From positions 1 to 64,000 of the IMG/VR virus record IMGVR_UViG_3300044646_002092: a stretch of 64,000 bases of DNA; one strand, given 5' to 3'. Below, in pieces: positions 8,094 through 20,416 of the stretch (the stretch's first letter is position 1; every line of letters starts with the position of its first letter). Both the position numbers and the translations under genes were made by a program. The stretch comes from a virus. The notes beneath the pieces were generated by a model. That model was not told where the DNA came from. It saw nothing but the letters and a program-made list of their open reading frames with translations, and searched no databases.

Positions 8094-9999
8094 ATGAGTG
8101 TATTAACTAAAGAATCATTAGACCGAAGAAGGCTTCATTCTGCAATGGGTGAAAATACTGATGCTTACTACGATAAGCTATATTCAAACTACATCTTACA
8201 TCCTGATGAGCCTATTTTAGAAGAGCATAAAGATAAGGCTCTTAACATTATCTCTAGAGATATTCGGGATTTAGAACGTAAACTTCAAACACTAAAAGAT
8301 AAACAAGAACGTATTACATTGATTGAAATTGTATAAATAAGCTGACAGCACAGCTAAGACTAGCACTATCGCTATGTCTATTATCGTGAGATTTATATGC
8401 TACTTGCTACTTTTAAGTATCCTGAAAGTGACTATGTAAGCGCTTTACAGGTTGAGAGTAAAGAAGTTCTTACAACACTTTTCAATGAGTTAAACGAAGA
8501 GCATCAACCGATTGATGTTAAGTTCTATCCTATTGAACAAGTTGAAGAGCGCTATATTTCTAGTAATGGGAGTATAGATAAGGTTTGGTGTATGAAAGAT
8601 AAGGCATTACGAAAGATTGTCTTGTCTGGTAAGTATGTTAAAAGCTTGTAACATTATGGGATAAGGGGTGAGGGGTTATTGTACCCCATCTAGAAATAAA
8701 ATATTCTCTAGAAAAAAAGTACCCGTACCCTTTGTAACCCTATCCCATAATTTCGATTTTCCCCAAAAAAATCTCAAACTATCTATGAGGCAATGAAATA
8801 AAATGGTTCAATACAACTTGATAAAAAGAGCAGAAGAAAAAGATTACGAACTTCTGCAAGAGAAAGGCTTTTTCGGTATTGATGCAAGTCTTGAAGAATC
8901 GCTTGAAGAATATAACCTAGCTATATCGTATAACTCTGGTTGGGGCGATATTGGTGACTGTACGGTATTATATCGCAGCAATGATGCAGACGGCTCTAGG
9001 ACATGGAAACAAACCTATGTAGACGGTGCAGAAATTTGTGCCAAAGTTGATGCAAGTTGGTTTGACAAAAAAGCGTTTTTCTCATTCATTGATTCTACTG
9101 ATAATGATTGGAAACTACAGCCACTAGTGCATCAACTCTACAGCCTAATACAGTACTATGGTGTAGACAATATCTTGTAGTGATTATTCCTAGCAGCATA
9201 GTGACAGTGTTGCTAAGAGTATTCACCTAACTAGTGTATATCTCTACTAACCTCTAAACTTGCCTATAGGGTAAGGAACCAATGAACAAACGTGAGATTA
9301 TAGCCGAAGGGCTACAACGTGGCTACAGCATCGCAAAGTCGATAGACCTTGTAGGTATCGGTGATTATGGTGATGGTCAATTTCTAGATGAACGTGAAAG
9401 AGTCAAAATTACTTCTCAAAATTGGCTAGAGTTCCATACTAACTATGCTTATGAGTGCGAAAGTCAAGATAGACAGTTTTCCCCTTTTGAGTTCTTGGCT
9501 AACGACATTAACGCGACTGAAGATAATCCAAGGGTTAAATTTGAGCCGTGGTTTGAGTTTGATGAGGCAATCTCTAGAGGTATCCGCAAAGCGCTGAAAG
9601 AGCGATGGAAGTCTATTCGTATGACTAAGGAAGATTACTGGAAAAGTTTTGAGGGTAGCCGTGATTTATTCGATGAATGCTGGAAAATGTTGAGACGTGA
9701 AGCTAAGCATACTGAGATTGATTTTAACGAAAATCTTGACATTGAGCAACGTCTCAAAAACTTCGCTAGTGACAAGGTAAACGACCCTAGAAGCAGGTTT
9801 TATATCTATGGCTAACTACGTTCGCAAGACTAGAGACTTATGGGATATCCTTGGTAACTACGGTCAAGGTTGGGAAGTGCTAACCTGCGCTACTTCCCTA
9901 AAAGAGAAACGCGAACTCATGCGAGACTATCGCGAAAACGAAGGTATTCCGCTAAAGTCTAGAAAATATAGACAAAAATCGCTAACTAGCGTAAGTTGA
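8094..9999 (+). other. Run of short early hypothetical CDSs: 8094..8336, 8397..8651, 8803..9180, 9282..9815, 9808..9999
   Basis: Co-oriented ORFs, several with SD-like leaders (e.g. AAGGAG before 8094), immediately downstream of the early promoters. Confidence 0.75.
8653..8751. repeat. Inverted repeat element (11 bp perfect arms, ~100 bp)
   Basis: ATTATGGGATA 8653-8663 / TATCCCATAAT 8741-8751, with an internal GGGG/CCCC hairpin and two TCTAGA palindromes. Confidence 0.6.
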
Positions 10000-10024
10000 C
10001 ATTTTTCCTAACTGTCTGTAAGCT
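9996..10024 (+). promoter_or_regulatory. Sigma70-type early promoter
   Basis: TTGACA-17 nt-TAAGCT (same -10 as at 7473). Confidence 0.7.
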
Positions 10025-10100
10025 AACAACTTATGGACAGTCAAGAGCAATGTAGCTCTTTTCGCTCAATCACTTACTGTAAAAACAGGAATAAAATCTC

Positions 10101-11054
10101 ATGGCTCGTATCAAACGTGTATTCTCTAATGCTTCTGAGTGTATCCACATCTGGGCTAACCGTGTTCAAGATGAAGGTAGAAGCTCTAATGTGTCTTTCA
10201 GGGCTTCTAAGCTGCCTAGTGATATTGGTGATGTTCTGTATTCCTACTCAACTCCCATTGCTGCTTTTCGAGAAAGTGCTAAAGGTCTTGTGGTTATCCT
10301 GAATAATTACAGCTATTCGCACACTACAAGCGGTCATCAAAGCGATATTCGCAGTGCAGTCACACAACAGATTTTTGATTATGACTCTATCCCAAAATGG
10401 GTTAGTCAAGATGTACTTTGCATTGGTAGTGGCAGAGGCGTGGGGCGTTCTAGCCTCGATGATAGACCTCAATATATCAAACCTGAAAGTATCTGGCAAC
10501 AATACCACAACATCTATATCAAGTTGCTTGAAACTGCTTGCTTGCGTAAATTCAGCCGTACAAGTGATGACAGAAAGAACATGGCTTTTCAATACGCTAC
10601 TAAAGCCAATCTCATCAAAGAATATTTCGAGTTGTCTGATGTTGACTGCCCTTTGCTCTCTTTCGAGATTACTGATGAACTACAGGCGGTGCTAGATGCC
10701 GCTAACGCTAAGAAAGCAGAAAAAGAGAGGCTTGCCTTTGAGCGCTCAAAACAAGAACGTCTTGACTGGCTTGCTGGTATCTCACACACATACCCTAACG
10801 CACATACAAACCCTATCGTTCTAAGAGTACATCCTAGCGAAGAGAATCGCGTCCAAACAAGTCGTGGGGCTGTAGTCCCCTTGAAAGTCTGCAAGTCACT
10901 CTATACTGCCTTCAAAAATCAAGCTATGCCCGAAGATACACAAGTTGGCAATTTCACACTGCAAGGTGTATTCGACTGGGGAATTAGAATTGGCTGTCAC
11001 GATATTCAAGCGAAAGAACTTGAGCGCTTTGCTAAGGTAATCGGTATCGCGTAA
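10101..11054 (+). CDS. Conserved-type early phage protein of unknown function
   Basis: 317 aa with the LYSYSTPIA and YSYSHTTSGHQS motifs typical of large-phage early proteins. Confidence 0.7.
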   Translation: MARIKRVFSNASECIHIWANRVQDEGRSSNVSFRASKLPSDIGDVLYSYSTPIAAFRESAKGLVVILNNYSYSHTTSGHQSDIRSAVTQQIFDYDSIPKWVSQDVLCIGSGRGVGRSSLDDRPQYIKPESIWQQYHNIYIKLLETACLRKFSRTSDDRKNMAFQYATKANLIKEYFELSDVDCPLLSFEITDELQAVLDAANAKKAEKERLAFERSKQERLDWLAGISHTYPNAHTNPIVLRVHPSEENRVQTSRGAVVPLKVCKSLYTAFKNQAMPEDTQVGNFTLQGVFDWGIRIGCHDIQAKELERFAKVIGIA

Positions 11055-11204
11055 CTTTCTTTTCTGACTATGCCTTGTAGTGTCTTGCAAGGCTTGCTAG
11101 CCCTAATATAACTATGGATGGATGAATGGTAATGTCTATAACAACTTTGATTACGTACTAGATGTTTGTGAAGTGATTACAACCTATAGAGAGGTAACTA
11201 TCCG

Positions 11205-14200
11205 ATGAATAACACAGGTCTTGAATTGCGGTTAAGTGATAAGAAAGCATATCTTATCCTAGATGGTTCTAACATCCCCTCTACACTCGATGAGAATGAA
11301 ATCGAGTATCTTAACTCGCTACCACACGATACAGCCCTTTGCGAACTACTAGAGAGCTATCTGTGCAATGGTTGGCAAACTGTCAATGTAGCTTTGTTTG
11401 GTGGTTTGGTGCTAGAGAGTCCAGATGGCAAATACTACGCTGATACACAATACGCTGTACTTAGTGCTGTAGATGCTTTGTTGAAAGGTGAGCAGTACAA
11501 TTTCTATGAGGTCGATTAACAATGCCTGATATACAATTTTACAAAAATGCCGTAGTCTTTAACGGTGTTAACTGGCAACTTGATTTTCGGTTACTTGCTT
11601 TCAGTTGGGTTTGGGACTTTCATAGAAAGAGTAAATCAAGTCTTGAGATTTTTACCCCTCTTGTATCCATCTATTTTTGGAAAGATAGTCATGATTGAAG
11701 GAACTATTTTTGGCTTCCTTGTAGGCTGTGTCATATCTGGTTTTGCTTGTTTCCATCTAGGTTATGAGCAACGCATTTACGATACTCGCGAAATTACCGC
11801 CGCTAAAGATGCCAAACTAGAAGCGTATGAAAGTATGCTTGGCATCATGAAAGTGAAAAAAGAACTTCACTAAATCGCTTGACTTTTTCTATCGTTTCGT
11901 GCGAAGCTTTTATTTCAATCAATCAATTAAAAACATGACAGACACAGAATTTTCAAGACGTACATCTAACCGTAACAGCACTGAGATGATACCACTGCCT
12001 AAATTTGACGCACCTACTCAAATCAGCTATTCTCTTGTCAACAACAATGCAGACTGGGAAAATTTACGCTTAAAGCTTATTGAACTAAGCACAGCATCTA
12101 TTCCTTTCACTCTCGAAAAAGAGGATGGTATAAAGCGTATTCGATTGACCTACTAACATCCCTAAAGAGAGGGGCTACCCTTAATTCCCCTCCCTTTTCT
12201 GCCCAACTGTTTTGGAGAAAAATTATGACTACTTATGACACTTCAGTTAAATTTGCCAAGCTCGGTTTTGATGATTATGTACAATTTGAAAATCGCAAAG
12301 TTCAGCTAACTCACTACGACACTGACCACAAAACCCCTCTTTTTCTGCAATTCGTAGGTGATATCGCGCAACCTGCTTACTGTATCGGTTTTAAGAATGC
12401 TATCGACTGGCTGAAAACTGGTGTTCTCGAAAACCCTAAAATCAAGGTCAAGACCAGCAAAGCCAAACTTGACGGTAAGCACTTGATTGTAAAGACTTGG
12501 AAAGCTGCTAATGATGGCACAGTCTTCTCTCTGAACTATGACGGTAAAGATTTGGAAGTATGGGAGTTTGAGAAAGTAATATTTCCTGACCTCTCAGACT
12601 TATCACGAAGCAGCCTTAATCTGTTTTCTCCTTGGTTCTTAAATGTCTTCACGCCGTCAAAGAATAAATTTCGCTCTACTTTCAATGTAGAACACTGGAA
12701 TGTCGCAAAACACATTGTAGAACGTATCGCAATCGTGCGTGAGGTATTGAAAAATGAATCTCGCTAAACTCACCCATAGCTACCACATCTCATTGGCAGA
12801 AAAAGAAGCTACCAAGACACGCAACCAAGCGAACCTCACTCGCATAGCTTCGCACCTTCAACAAGTCTCTAATCGTCAAATCTTGCACTCTCTAGGAGAA
12901 TACTTAAATGTCTGCCAAAAAACAAACTTGGGTGAAACGTCACCATACTTGTAAAGGACACAGCACCACAGATATTGTCAGATATTCCAATCCTGACAAG
13001 CTTCTAACCCAACTATTCGACAGTGATGTACCTGACGGCTTTGCTGTCTCACTAAACACACCAGAACGCATTGAACTTACTTTCGATGATGAACCAGACT
13101 TTTATTTTGAACCTATAGGGAGAATTAGGCGATGAAAGCAATCCAAGTTTCTCGGTCTTCTGTCACTGGAAAACTTCGCGCTAAAGCTGAAGGTGTTCCC
13201 GCAATCATTCGCAGCAAAGAAACTCTTGATGACAACAATCCTGCATTAGATATTGCAACTCGACTCTGTGCTGAATACAATTGGCTTCAAGATGGAAAAT
13301 TTCGCCTTGAAGAAGGTGGGCTCCCTAATGGCGATACTGTGTTTGTGTTCGTCAAGAACGAAGTTGAGCCTAAGCCTGACATTCGCCGAGATTTGCGCCT
13401 ACTTCTCGAAAAATACGATGCTCGGCTTGTTGCAATGGATTACACTTATCCTGATTTTGAATCTATCCAAATCAGTATTAGAACTGTAAAAGACTATAAA
13501 CCGATACTAGAGTTCGGTACAGATGAGACAATTATCGATTCTACTCATTATCTTTTATCTGAGGAAGTTATCGCTAATGAAAACTAAAAATCTCTCGCGT
13601 GAACAACTCCTCAATTCTTTTCTGTCACGCGCTAGCGACCTCTCTTCCAGTGGCTTGCAAATCGATTCTGAAGGCTATCTCTACGCTTCTGGTGAAATGA
13701 TAGCAGCATGGCAAGGAGAAGTGCTGTTTATCGATTGTGGCTCTGACAAGGTGTGCAATCGTAAAGCCGCTAACGACCTCAAAGAGTTGGCAGAAAAGGA
13801 AGGTGTCGTGTATGTTCCTTACAACGTACACTCCTATGTAATCTCACACGAATTTCAGTTTGCTGCAAGAATGGTGTCGTATACCATCTGGGCTACTCCT
13901 AAAGATGTAAATCCCATAAACATCTTCAAACAAGCTCAAAAAGTACTTGACAAAGCCATAGAGAAGGCAATAAGCTATGGAAGTATTCAGGAATTGATTG
14001 ATTCAACACAACACATTGCAACGTTGTTTGGTTTCACATTTGATTCAACGTCTTACGACATTAAGAGACAACAACACATCGAAACAGCAAACGCAGCGAA
14101 AGCAGCACGCATCGAATACCACAAAAAAGAGCTAGAGAGGTTACTTGCATCATGAAATTAATTCAAATTGGAAAAGAAACCTTCATTCCTTCCGACGCTA

Positions 14201-15003
14201 AAATTGTAAAGGTCAAGTTAGACCCAGACTATCCTAAAGGAGTTGGTACTCTCACTATTGTGTATGATGTTCCTCATAACATTCGCGAACAACATGAAGT
14301 ACTTCATTTGACTGACCCTGAAGATAAGGCAATGGTACTTCGGGTTTTTAGAAAAATGGCTGCTCAGGTTGTCAACACTACGCCCGAAATTGATTTTTGG
14401 GTAAACGTAGTCAACCGTAAATAGATTCAGATTCTCTCTCGCTAGGTAGCTTCAACTCTCCCTAGCCAAAGGTAATCTGACGAAAGCCTTACCCCAAACC
14501 AACTGCATTAAGGAGCTTATAAAATGACCGCACAATTACACCATCGTCAGACTGCGCCAAAACGGTTTCGTGACCCATACATCATCGCCCAACAACTCTC
14601 TTTACTGTTTCACGCACAGAAGTCTCTCATCATTTCCAATCATGCCCAGAACAAACATAGAGGCTACCACTGGGGGGATTATTATGTAGAGCGAAATGGT
14701 AAGTATTTTGACGTATCCTTCAGAGATGAAAACAGCATCAAAGATAATACTCTTTTTTCTGCCCTTCTAGTGAAAGCGAATGACGAGAACATCTTTGAGA
14801 TTGTTTTAAATGCAGATTACGAGGTGGTAAAGTTAGCTCTTCGGATAGATTTACCAACTAGCCCTGATACCGATATTATATTGGTGCTTGGAGGCGAACT
14901 TGAGCCTGAGCGACTTGAGTATCAAAGCGTGAGACTCGTGACTTGGTATTTGAACGAGAAAACTGACAACCACTCAACATTGCAGAAAGAGAGATACAGC
15001 TAA
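11205..15003 (+). other. Run of early hypothetical CDSs: 11205..11519, 11565..11873, ~11935..12156, 12225..12767, 12754..12954, 12908..13135, 13132..13587, 13577..14155, 14152..14424, 14524..15003
   Basis: Tightly packed co-oriented ORFs, several with overlapping stop/start codons; no family recognised. Confidence 0.7.
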
Positions 15004-15190
15004 TCATGACATCCAACTCATTAGCCCGACCTCCTCCGCCTTACGAGCGATGACTCCAATTATATTACTCTCTCTCTAACAATCTCTACTTGGTACAACT
15101 ATGTTCTTCCCTTGGACTGGCTTCTGTTTAACTGTTTGGGCTATCTCTGTAACTATCGCAATCATCACTCCCCCAGATGAGGATAAATAA

Positions 15191-16291
15191 ATGACAACTA
15201 CCATCGACAACACTCCCAAATCTTTGCACGTCAGCACTACTGGTGCGTTCGGACAACTCGAAACATCTAAAGTAGTCCCCAAGATTACTCCTGACGACAT
15301 CATCGAGCAAGCCCAGTTGGAAACATGGCAAGCTTTTATGTATCCCAACATGAATGAAGACAATTTACCTGTAGACGAGCGTAAGTCTAATTACATTCGT
15401 CAAGAGTTCCTTAAGGAAGAGTCTATCAGTAAACCTCCTTTTGCTCTTGAGCAAGAAGATATTGACCATCATGGTCGCAATTTTGCCTTGAAGGTTCCTT
15501 CCTCTTACCGTATCATCCAGTATCAACAGGGATTGCGCTGGTTAGAGAACTACACTGATGAAGGCTTGATTGAGATTCAAGATTGGCTTTTGCTTGATTC
15601 TGGAGCTATTCTTGCAGTTAATAACCTCATTCCCGATGAAGTACTAACGATTCAAGGCGAAGCCGATAAAATCACTCCATACATGATTTTCTGCTTGTCT
15701 CACGATGGGACTACACCTCGCGCAGTCTTCTTCTCTTCGTTCCGAGCTATCTGCAAGAACACTCTACTGATGGCGTTAGCGTCAGCCAAGAGTACTGAGA
15801 AATTTTTCGGCTTTGACCCCAAGAAGGACAGTCACAAGTCACCTCAAGAGCTAATGGCAATGGCTAAGCAAAATATCGACTTGGCTAAAACTAGGTTCCA
15901 CGAACAAACAGCGCCTCATCTCGAAGCTCTGCGCGACCTACAGCTTGATACGAAGGTGGTGGACACATTAACTCGCGACCTCTTTGCAATTCGCCGTACA
16001 CAAGAGATTCCTGCGGTTCTCGATGAGGACGAAAGTTATCCTAGCTCGGTCAAGAACTACCACAAGTTCATGGACATCTACAGAAGTTTGTCTGATATCG
16101 ATATCTTTGATGTCAATCAGCACACAGGGTATCGCTACGCTAATGCTGCTACTTCCTATGTCAAGACTGTTGGTAAGGATAACGGCTTTGAGCCTTTGTC
16201 GGGCTTCAAGGGTAATATGTTCAACAAGGTTCGCAAGAATGCGTTCGACTACCTAGACGAGCTATTACCTGCTAAGCACATCGGCAGTTAG
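15191..16291 (+). CDS. DUF932/DUF945-family phage/plasmid protein
   Basis: YRIIQY...CLSHDGTTP...FRAICKNTL matches the SHDG...RxxCxNTL signature. Confidence 0.7.
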   Translation: MTTTIDNTPKSLHVSTTGAFGQLETSKVVPKITPDDIIEQAQLETWQAFMYPNMNEDNLPVDERKSNYIRQEFLKEESISKPPFALEQEDIDHHGRNFALKVPSSYRIIQYQQGLRWLENYTDEGLIEIQDWLLLDSGAILAVNNLIPDEVLTIQGEADKITPYMIFCLSHDGTTPRAVFFSSFRAICKNTLLMALASAKSTEKFFGFDPKKDSHKSPQELMAMAKQNIDLAKTRFHEQTAPHLEALRDLQLDTKVVDTLTRDLFAIRRTQEIPAVLDEDESYPSSVKNYHKFMDIYRSLSDIDIFDVNQHTGYRYANAATSYVKTVGKDNGFEPLSGFKGNMFNKVRKNAFDYLDELLPAKHIGS

Positions 16292-16366
16292 TTAAACCTT
16301 TCTTTTGAGGGAGTGACAACAAAACTCCCTCACTCTACAATTTTTGTTACTAACAGGAAACGAATT

Positions 16367-16567
16367 ATGAAAACTCTTCTCGCTGTAATTATTGCTATCC
16401 CTCTTGCAATCAGTTTCTCTGCTCTTGGTGCTTATGTTTTCATGCTCCTATGGAACTGGGCTTTGGTTGGTATTTTCCCTGCTGTACCTGTGCTTGAGTT
16501 CTACAAAGCTTGGGGCTTGACAATCTTACTATCAATTATCGGTTCATTTTTCAAAAGTAGCAAGTAA
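16367..16567 (+). CDS. Small membrane protein
   Basis: Two hydrophobic segments; AGGA upstream of ATG 16367. Confidence 0.65.
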   Translation: MKTLLAVIIAIPLAISFSALGAYVFMLLWNWALVGIFPAVPVLEFYKAWGLTILLSIIGSFFKSSK

Positions 16568-16768
16568 TCCTTATGACACAACAACAAGTAATCCATTTGA
16601 TGAGCAGCGCGACATCTGAAAGTGACTGGAACGACAAATGTGACCAAGTTAAAACTGCTTGCAATGGCTACCCTGATTTTTGGTTTTCGTCGATTGTTCC
16701 TTCTGGTTTAGTTGATAGAGTTTCTGCTAAGTGGTAAAAGCTCTAGGCAATGTCAATAAGTCCTAATC

Positions 16769-16858
16769 ACAGAACCCGAAAAAGACCGCTTGTGCTGAGC
16801 AAGAGTCGCAGCTACCCGTACCCAACAAAGGACGGTTGACGGTTGCTATAGGTTCTGT
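16769..16858 (+). ncRNA. Candidate 90 nt three-way-junction RNA in a 5' leader
   Basis: ACAGAACC/GGTTCTGT closing stem enclosing a CTTG/CAAG arm and a GCAGC/GTTGC arm. Confidence 0.4.
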
Positions 16859-16891
16859 TTTATTTTTCTTTAACTATTAGGAGAAACTTCC

Positions 16892-18697
16892 ATGTCTTAC
16901 GCTAGAGTTCGAGTCGAAAAGTTTGGTGACAATTTCTATTTGCAAATTAATGGTCAGACTAAGCAGTTCAATCGTGAGTCATCTGACCTACTAACATCAC
17001 CTATCGAAGCTGCTGAAGATTTTCGTAGTGGCATTTTCTCTTCTGGTTTTGTGGTTAAATTCTCTGACGGTGCAAAGACATTAGCTATAGACTTTCAGTA
17101 CTCGTTTAGTCCCAAGGAAACAGACGCTAACCCATTGGCAGAGATTCGGCGCAGAGTTCGACTGGTGCAAGAGACTTTCGCTAAAGCAGAGGCAGAAAAA
17201 GAAGTGTGGGAAGGTATTGTCGGTGAGCTACCGCTAGTTACTGAGTCTGAGGAGTTGTACGATGTATTTTTCCTCTCTACTACCCCTGACTGCATTCAAG
17301 TCACTCGTATCGCCGCTAAAGCTGTTACTTTAGCCGAAGCTCAAAGCTGGAAATTACATTGGGAAGGTTTCTTTATTGCGCCTTCTGGTAAATATAAAGT
17401 TGGATATAAACTCTAATGAAAAAAGCCCGTACAACTACAGCAGCTATCGGTTTTCGCAATAAAATCTGGGGCATCACACCCAAACCTACAGAACCGACAT
17501 CAACCAAACTCAAGGTGAAGCGAACTCCTGCTACGCCTCTTGAAGAAATGGCTCAAGTGTTCTCACTCATTACAGGTTAAATCATGTCACTCACAATACT
17601 TTCTGGCTTACCCAAATCTGGCAAAACTCGACAAGCTTATCTTCTCGCTGCTAAAGTTGCTGAGACTGGTAAGGTGCTGATTTTTACCGAAGATGATTTA
17701 TCTACTCTTGTTGGCAGAAGTTCTTGGCTGGTAGGTGATACTTGGCTCTCTATACCCAAACCCGACAACATCTATTTCAATCGCTTGTTTTCTCTCCCTG
17801 AACTCGAAGATAAAATTGAGAAAATCAAACCTGAACTTGTAGTGATTGATGCACCTTGGCAACGAAAACCTTCTTTGGAATTTCAACTGGAGAAATTCGA
17901 TATCCCTATTCTTTTGGTTCGCAACACTCTTGCGGTACTTGACCACTAAGTACCGTTTCATTTACTATAGGAGCTATTATGACTGACCTCCGTGCTACTA
18001 ACTTCCTACCTCTCTCCATCGCATTTCATAAAATTGACCGTAACTCAAAATTTTTTCGACAAATCTACAAGCGCGACAGCTACATCGATGCTGCGTATGC
18101 GTTCGCTACTAACCAGAACGAACTACTCACTATAATTGGTAACAAATTACAATACTGGCATCAAGTCGGCAATCCTGCTACGCACACAGAAAAGAAGGTA
18201 AGGGCGTTCATTTCTCGCTTCAACGCTTTGGTTCACAGGGCTTTGTTGACACACCCGACTCATTCCGATACTCTGGTTGTAATTCGTGGCTTTGCGGGGT
18301 TAATCAACAGCATAGAGGACAGTAAGATTGTCGCTGATGTCAAGCCGTTACTTCGTGAATATGTCGAGTACTTCTTTTATCCCTACGTTAGACAGGTGAA
18401 ACCATAATGACAGACCCTCTTGGTATGCGAGGTATGAGGCTTATTATCACCGACACTCAACTAGAAAAGCTTGGTACAGCACTGAATAAAGAAGCTGAAA
18501 TTGGTGAAGACGGACTGAACCAATTTGACCGAACTCGCGCCGAACTTTTGCAACAGCTTGCCAACACATTGCAGAAATTACCCTACATGAGGTTGGGGCA
18601 ACTGATTTCAAACTCTCTTCCTGAAGATACTGACATTTTCTATGTGACCGATGCTAAATTGATTCAACTACTCAAAGACTTCGAGGCACACCATTGA
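16892..18697 (+). other. Hypothetical CDSs 16892..17416, 17979..18407, 18407..18697 (plus a 54-codon ORF starting near 17416)
   Basis: Co-oriented ORFs, several with AGGAG leaders. Confidence 0.65.
17584..17949 (+). CDS. Minimal P-loop NTPase-like protein
   Basis: ILSGLPKSGKT (Walker A) and LVVIDAP (Walker B) in only 121 aa. Confidence 0.6.
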   Translation: MSLTILSGLPKSGKTRQAYLLAAKVAETGKVLIFTEDDLSTLVGRSSWLVGDTWLSIPKPDNIYFNRLFSLPELEDKIEKIKPELVVIDAPWQRKPSLEFQLEKFDIPILLVRNTLAVLDH

Positions 18698-18824
18698 AAC
18701 TCTACATATTCTTTTCTACCCTAGCTGCACTGGCTTTGAAGTTAGCACACGATGTTCTTCCTGAAGTTCGCTTCGAGTTCCAAATTGATTGGTTTTGGTT
18801 TTGGGCGTTACTTATTGTTGACGC

Positions 18825-19214
18825 TTGGATTATCTACTCAGTTGTCTTTTTTCTACCTCAAGGGCAATGACTAACTCACTACTGCCCCATTACATTCTGA
18901 CCACAATAAGCGACCCCCAAGGGCGCGGTAACGCCAGTCTCCTCCTCGACCACACCAACAAGAAAATCATCTTAGAGGAAATCGAGGTAGAGGCGCAATT
19001 TCGAGGCATGAAGCTCGGCAGTCGGTTGTTGAGCCAAGTGTGTTGGTTAGCTGATTCACTTGGCTTCACAGTTGTATTAGTCCCTGTTTCGCTAGTATCT
19101 ACTAAGTGTCTAACAATCTGGCAACTTGAGGATTGGTATGGGAGATATGGCTTCCACTTGCGCGATGATTATAAAGATGGATACCCTTATGCGAGAGAAC
19201 CTAGAATAATATGA
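18825..19214 (+). CDS. GNAT-family acetyltransferase
   Basis: IEVEAQFRGMKLGSRLL (acetyl-CoA motif A) and WYGRYGF. Confidence 0.8.
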   Translation: MDYLLSCLFSTSRAMTNSLLPHYILTTISDPQGRGNASLLLDHTNKKIILEEIEVEAQFRGMKLGSRLLSQVCWLADSLGFTVVLVPVSLVSTKCLTIWQLEDWYGRYGFHLRDDYKDGYPYAREPRII

Positions 19215-19687
19215 ATATCTTCGTACTTCACGAAAATCCAATCGAAGCTGCGCGTCTTGTCCCAGTCAGAGTAGCTAGTAAAATGGCTCTTGAAGCTGCT
19301 CAAATGCTTGCAGTCGCTTGCGCTCATCGTGGTTTGGCGCTACCTCACAAAAAAGATGGTAATGAGTATTCCCCAAAATCGCACGTTAATCATCCTTGCA
19401 CCAAATGGGCTTGTCAGAGTCGTGAAAATATGCAATGGTTGGCTTTACATGGTATCGCGCTCTGTAAACGACATTTAGAAGTTTATGAGAAAATGCCAGC
19501 ACACTCTCTCGCCCTAAACGAAGTGCTTGTTGAAATCGCTTTCAATACGATTCAATGTTATTGGAGTAATCACACACCATTTGTTTCTGCCATGCCTGAC
19601 GAGTTCAAGACTGATGATGTAGTTGAGAGTTATCGAGCTTATATCAAGACCAAACCATATTATGTTGAAGGAGAAGCGCAGCTATGA
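19211..19687 (+). CDS. Pyrimidine dimer DNA glycosylase / endonuclease V-like protein
   Basis: MNIFVL...KMALEAAQML...HVNHPCTKW family signature. Confidence 0.8.
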   Translation: MNIFVLHENPIEAARLVPVRVASKMALEAAQMLAVACAHRGLALPHKKDGNEYSPKSHVNHPCTKWACQSRENMQWLALHGIALCKRHLEVYEKMPAHSLALNEVLVEIAFNTIQCYWSNHTPFVSAMPDEFKTDDVVESYRAYIKTKPYYVEGEAQL

Positions 19688-19870
19688 GTGAAGCTAAATG
19701 TGATTACACTTACTTGACTGCGATACAAAACTGCGGTTGGTGGTTGGAAGCTTTTACAAATTACGATGACGCGGAGTGGTACGGGAGTACGCAAGCGCTT
19801 TAATAGAGGGAGATGTTGTTATGCAGCATCTCTTTTTTCTTTTCTGCACATGAACGGAGTGAGATTTGTT

Positions 19871-20110
19871 ATGCAGGTATTTTGCCCGTATTGCAACAAC
19901 GAAGCAAAGTTGGTTGACAGTGCAATTATTTATCGTGGAGTTAGTTATGGGGATATTTGGTTGTGTAAGCCTTGCGATGCTTATAATGGCGTACATCCTG
20001 ATGGTTACACTGCACACATAGGAGGTTTTACTGTGAAGCAATGCAAAGAGTTGGTAGCTAAGGTGCGCTATCCGAGTATTGCTGTGGAGGATTTTCTACA
20101 AGGAAGCTAA
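19871..20110 (+). CDS. DUF3268-like zinc-finger protein (short)
   Basis: CPYC...WLCKPCDAYNGVH. Confidence 0.6.
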   Translation: MQVFCPYCNNEAKLVDSAIIYRGVSYGDIWLCKPCDAYNGVHPDGYTAHIGGFTVKQCKELVAKVRYPSIAVEDFLQGS

Positions 20111-20215
20111 GTCTTTCTCATTGCCGAAGGGCTAGGCTAACGCCAGTTGTCTCAAGCGCCGACGGCTTAGTAATATCTAGTAAAAAGAGTAGGAGTAAAA
20201 CTCTTATGTGCCAAA

Positions 20216-20396
20216 ACCATAAGAAAGTGAAATCCCGAATGTAAGTCTCTGTAACGTGTTTAGGCAAAACCCTAATACGGACAACTTTATGGTTATGATT
20301 TATATTTCTATGGTCGTTTCTCTTATGTTTATGGTTTAGTCTAGGTTTATTCCATAAGTCCTGCGAAACTTTATGTTTTATGGTCTATGGTATAAT
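20216..20396. repeat. Seven (Y)TATGG copies overlapping an extended -10 promoter
   Basis: YTATGGT at 20287, 20308, 20329, 20378 and 20385; inverted copies at 20216 and 20352; TGgTATAAT at 20388-20396. Confidence 0.6.
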
Positions 20397-20416
20397 AAAA
20401 AGAAAAAAGAAAATAA

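Noticed and set aside
14477-14490. Hammerhead ribozyme core CTGACGA...GAAA
   Set aside because: No stem II between CUGANGA and GAAA and no compatible stems I/III.
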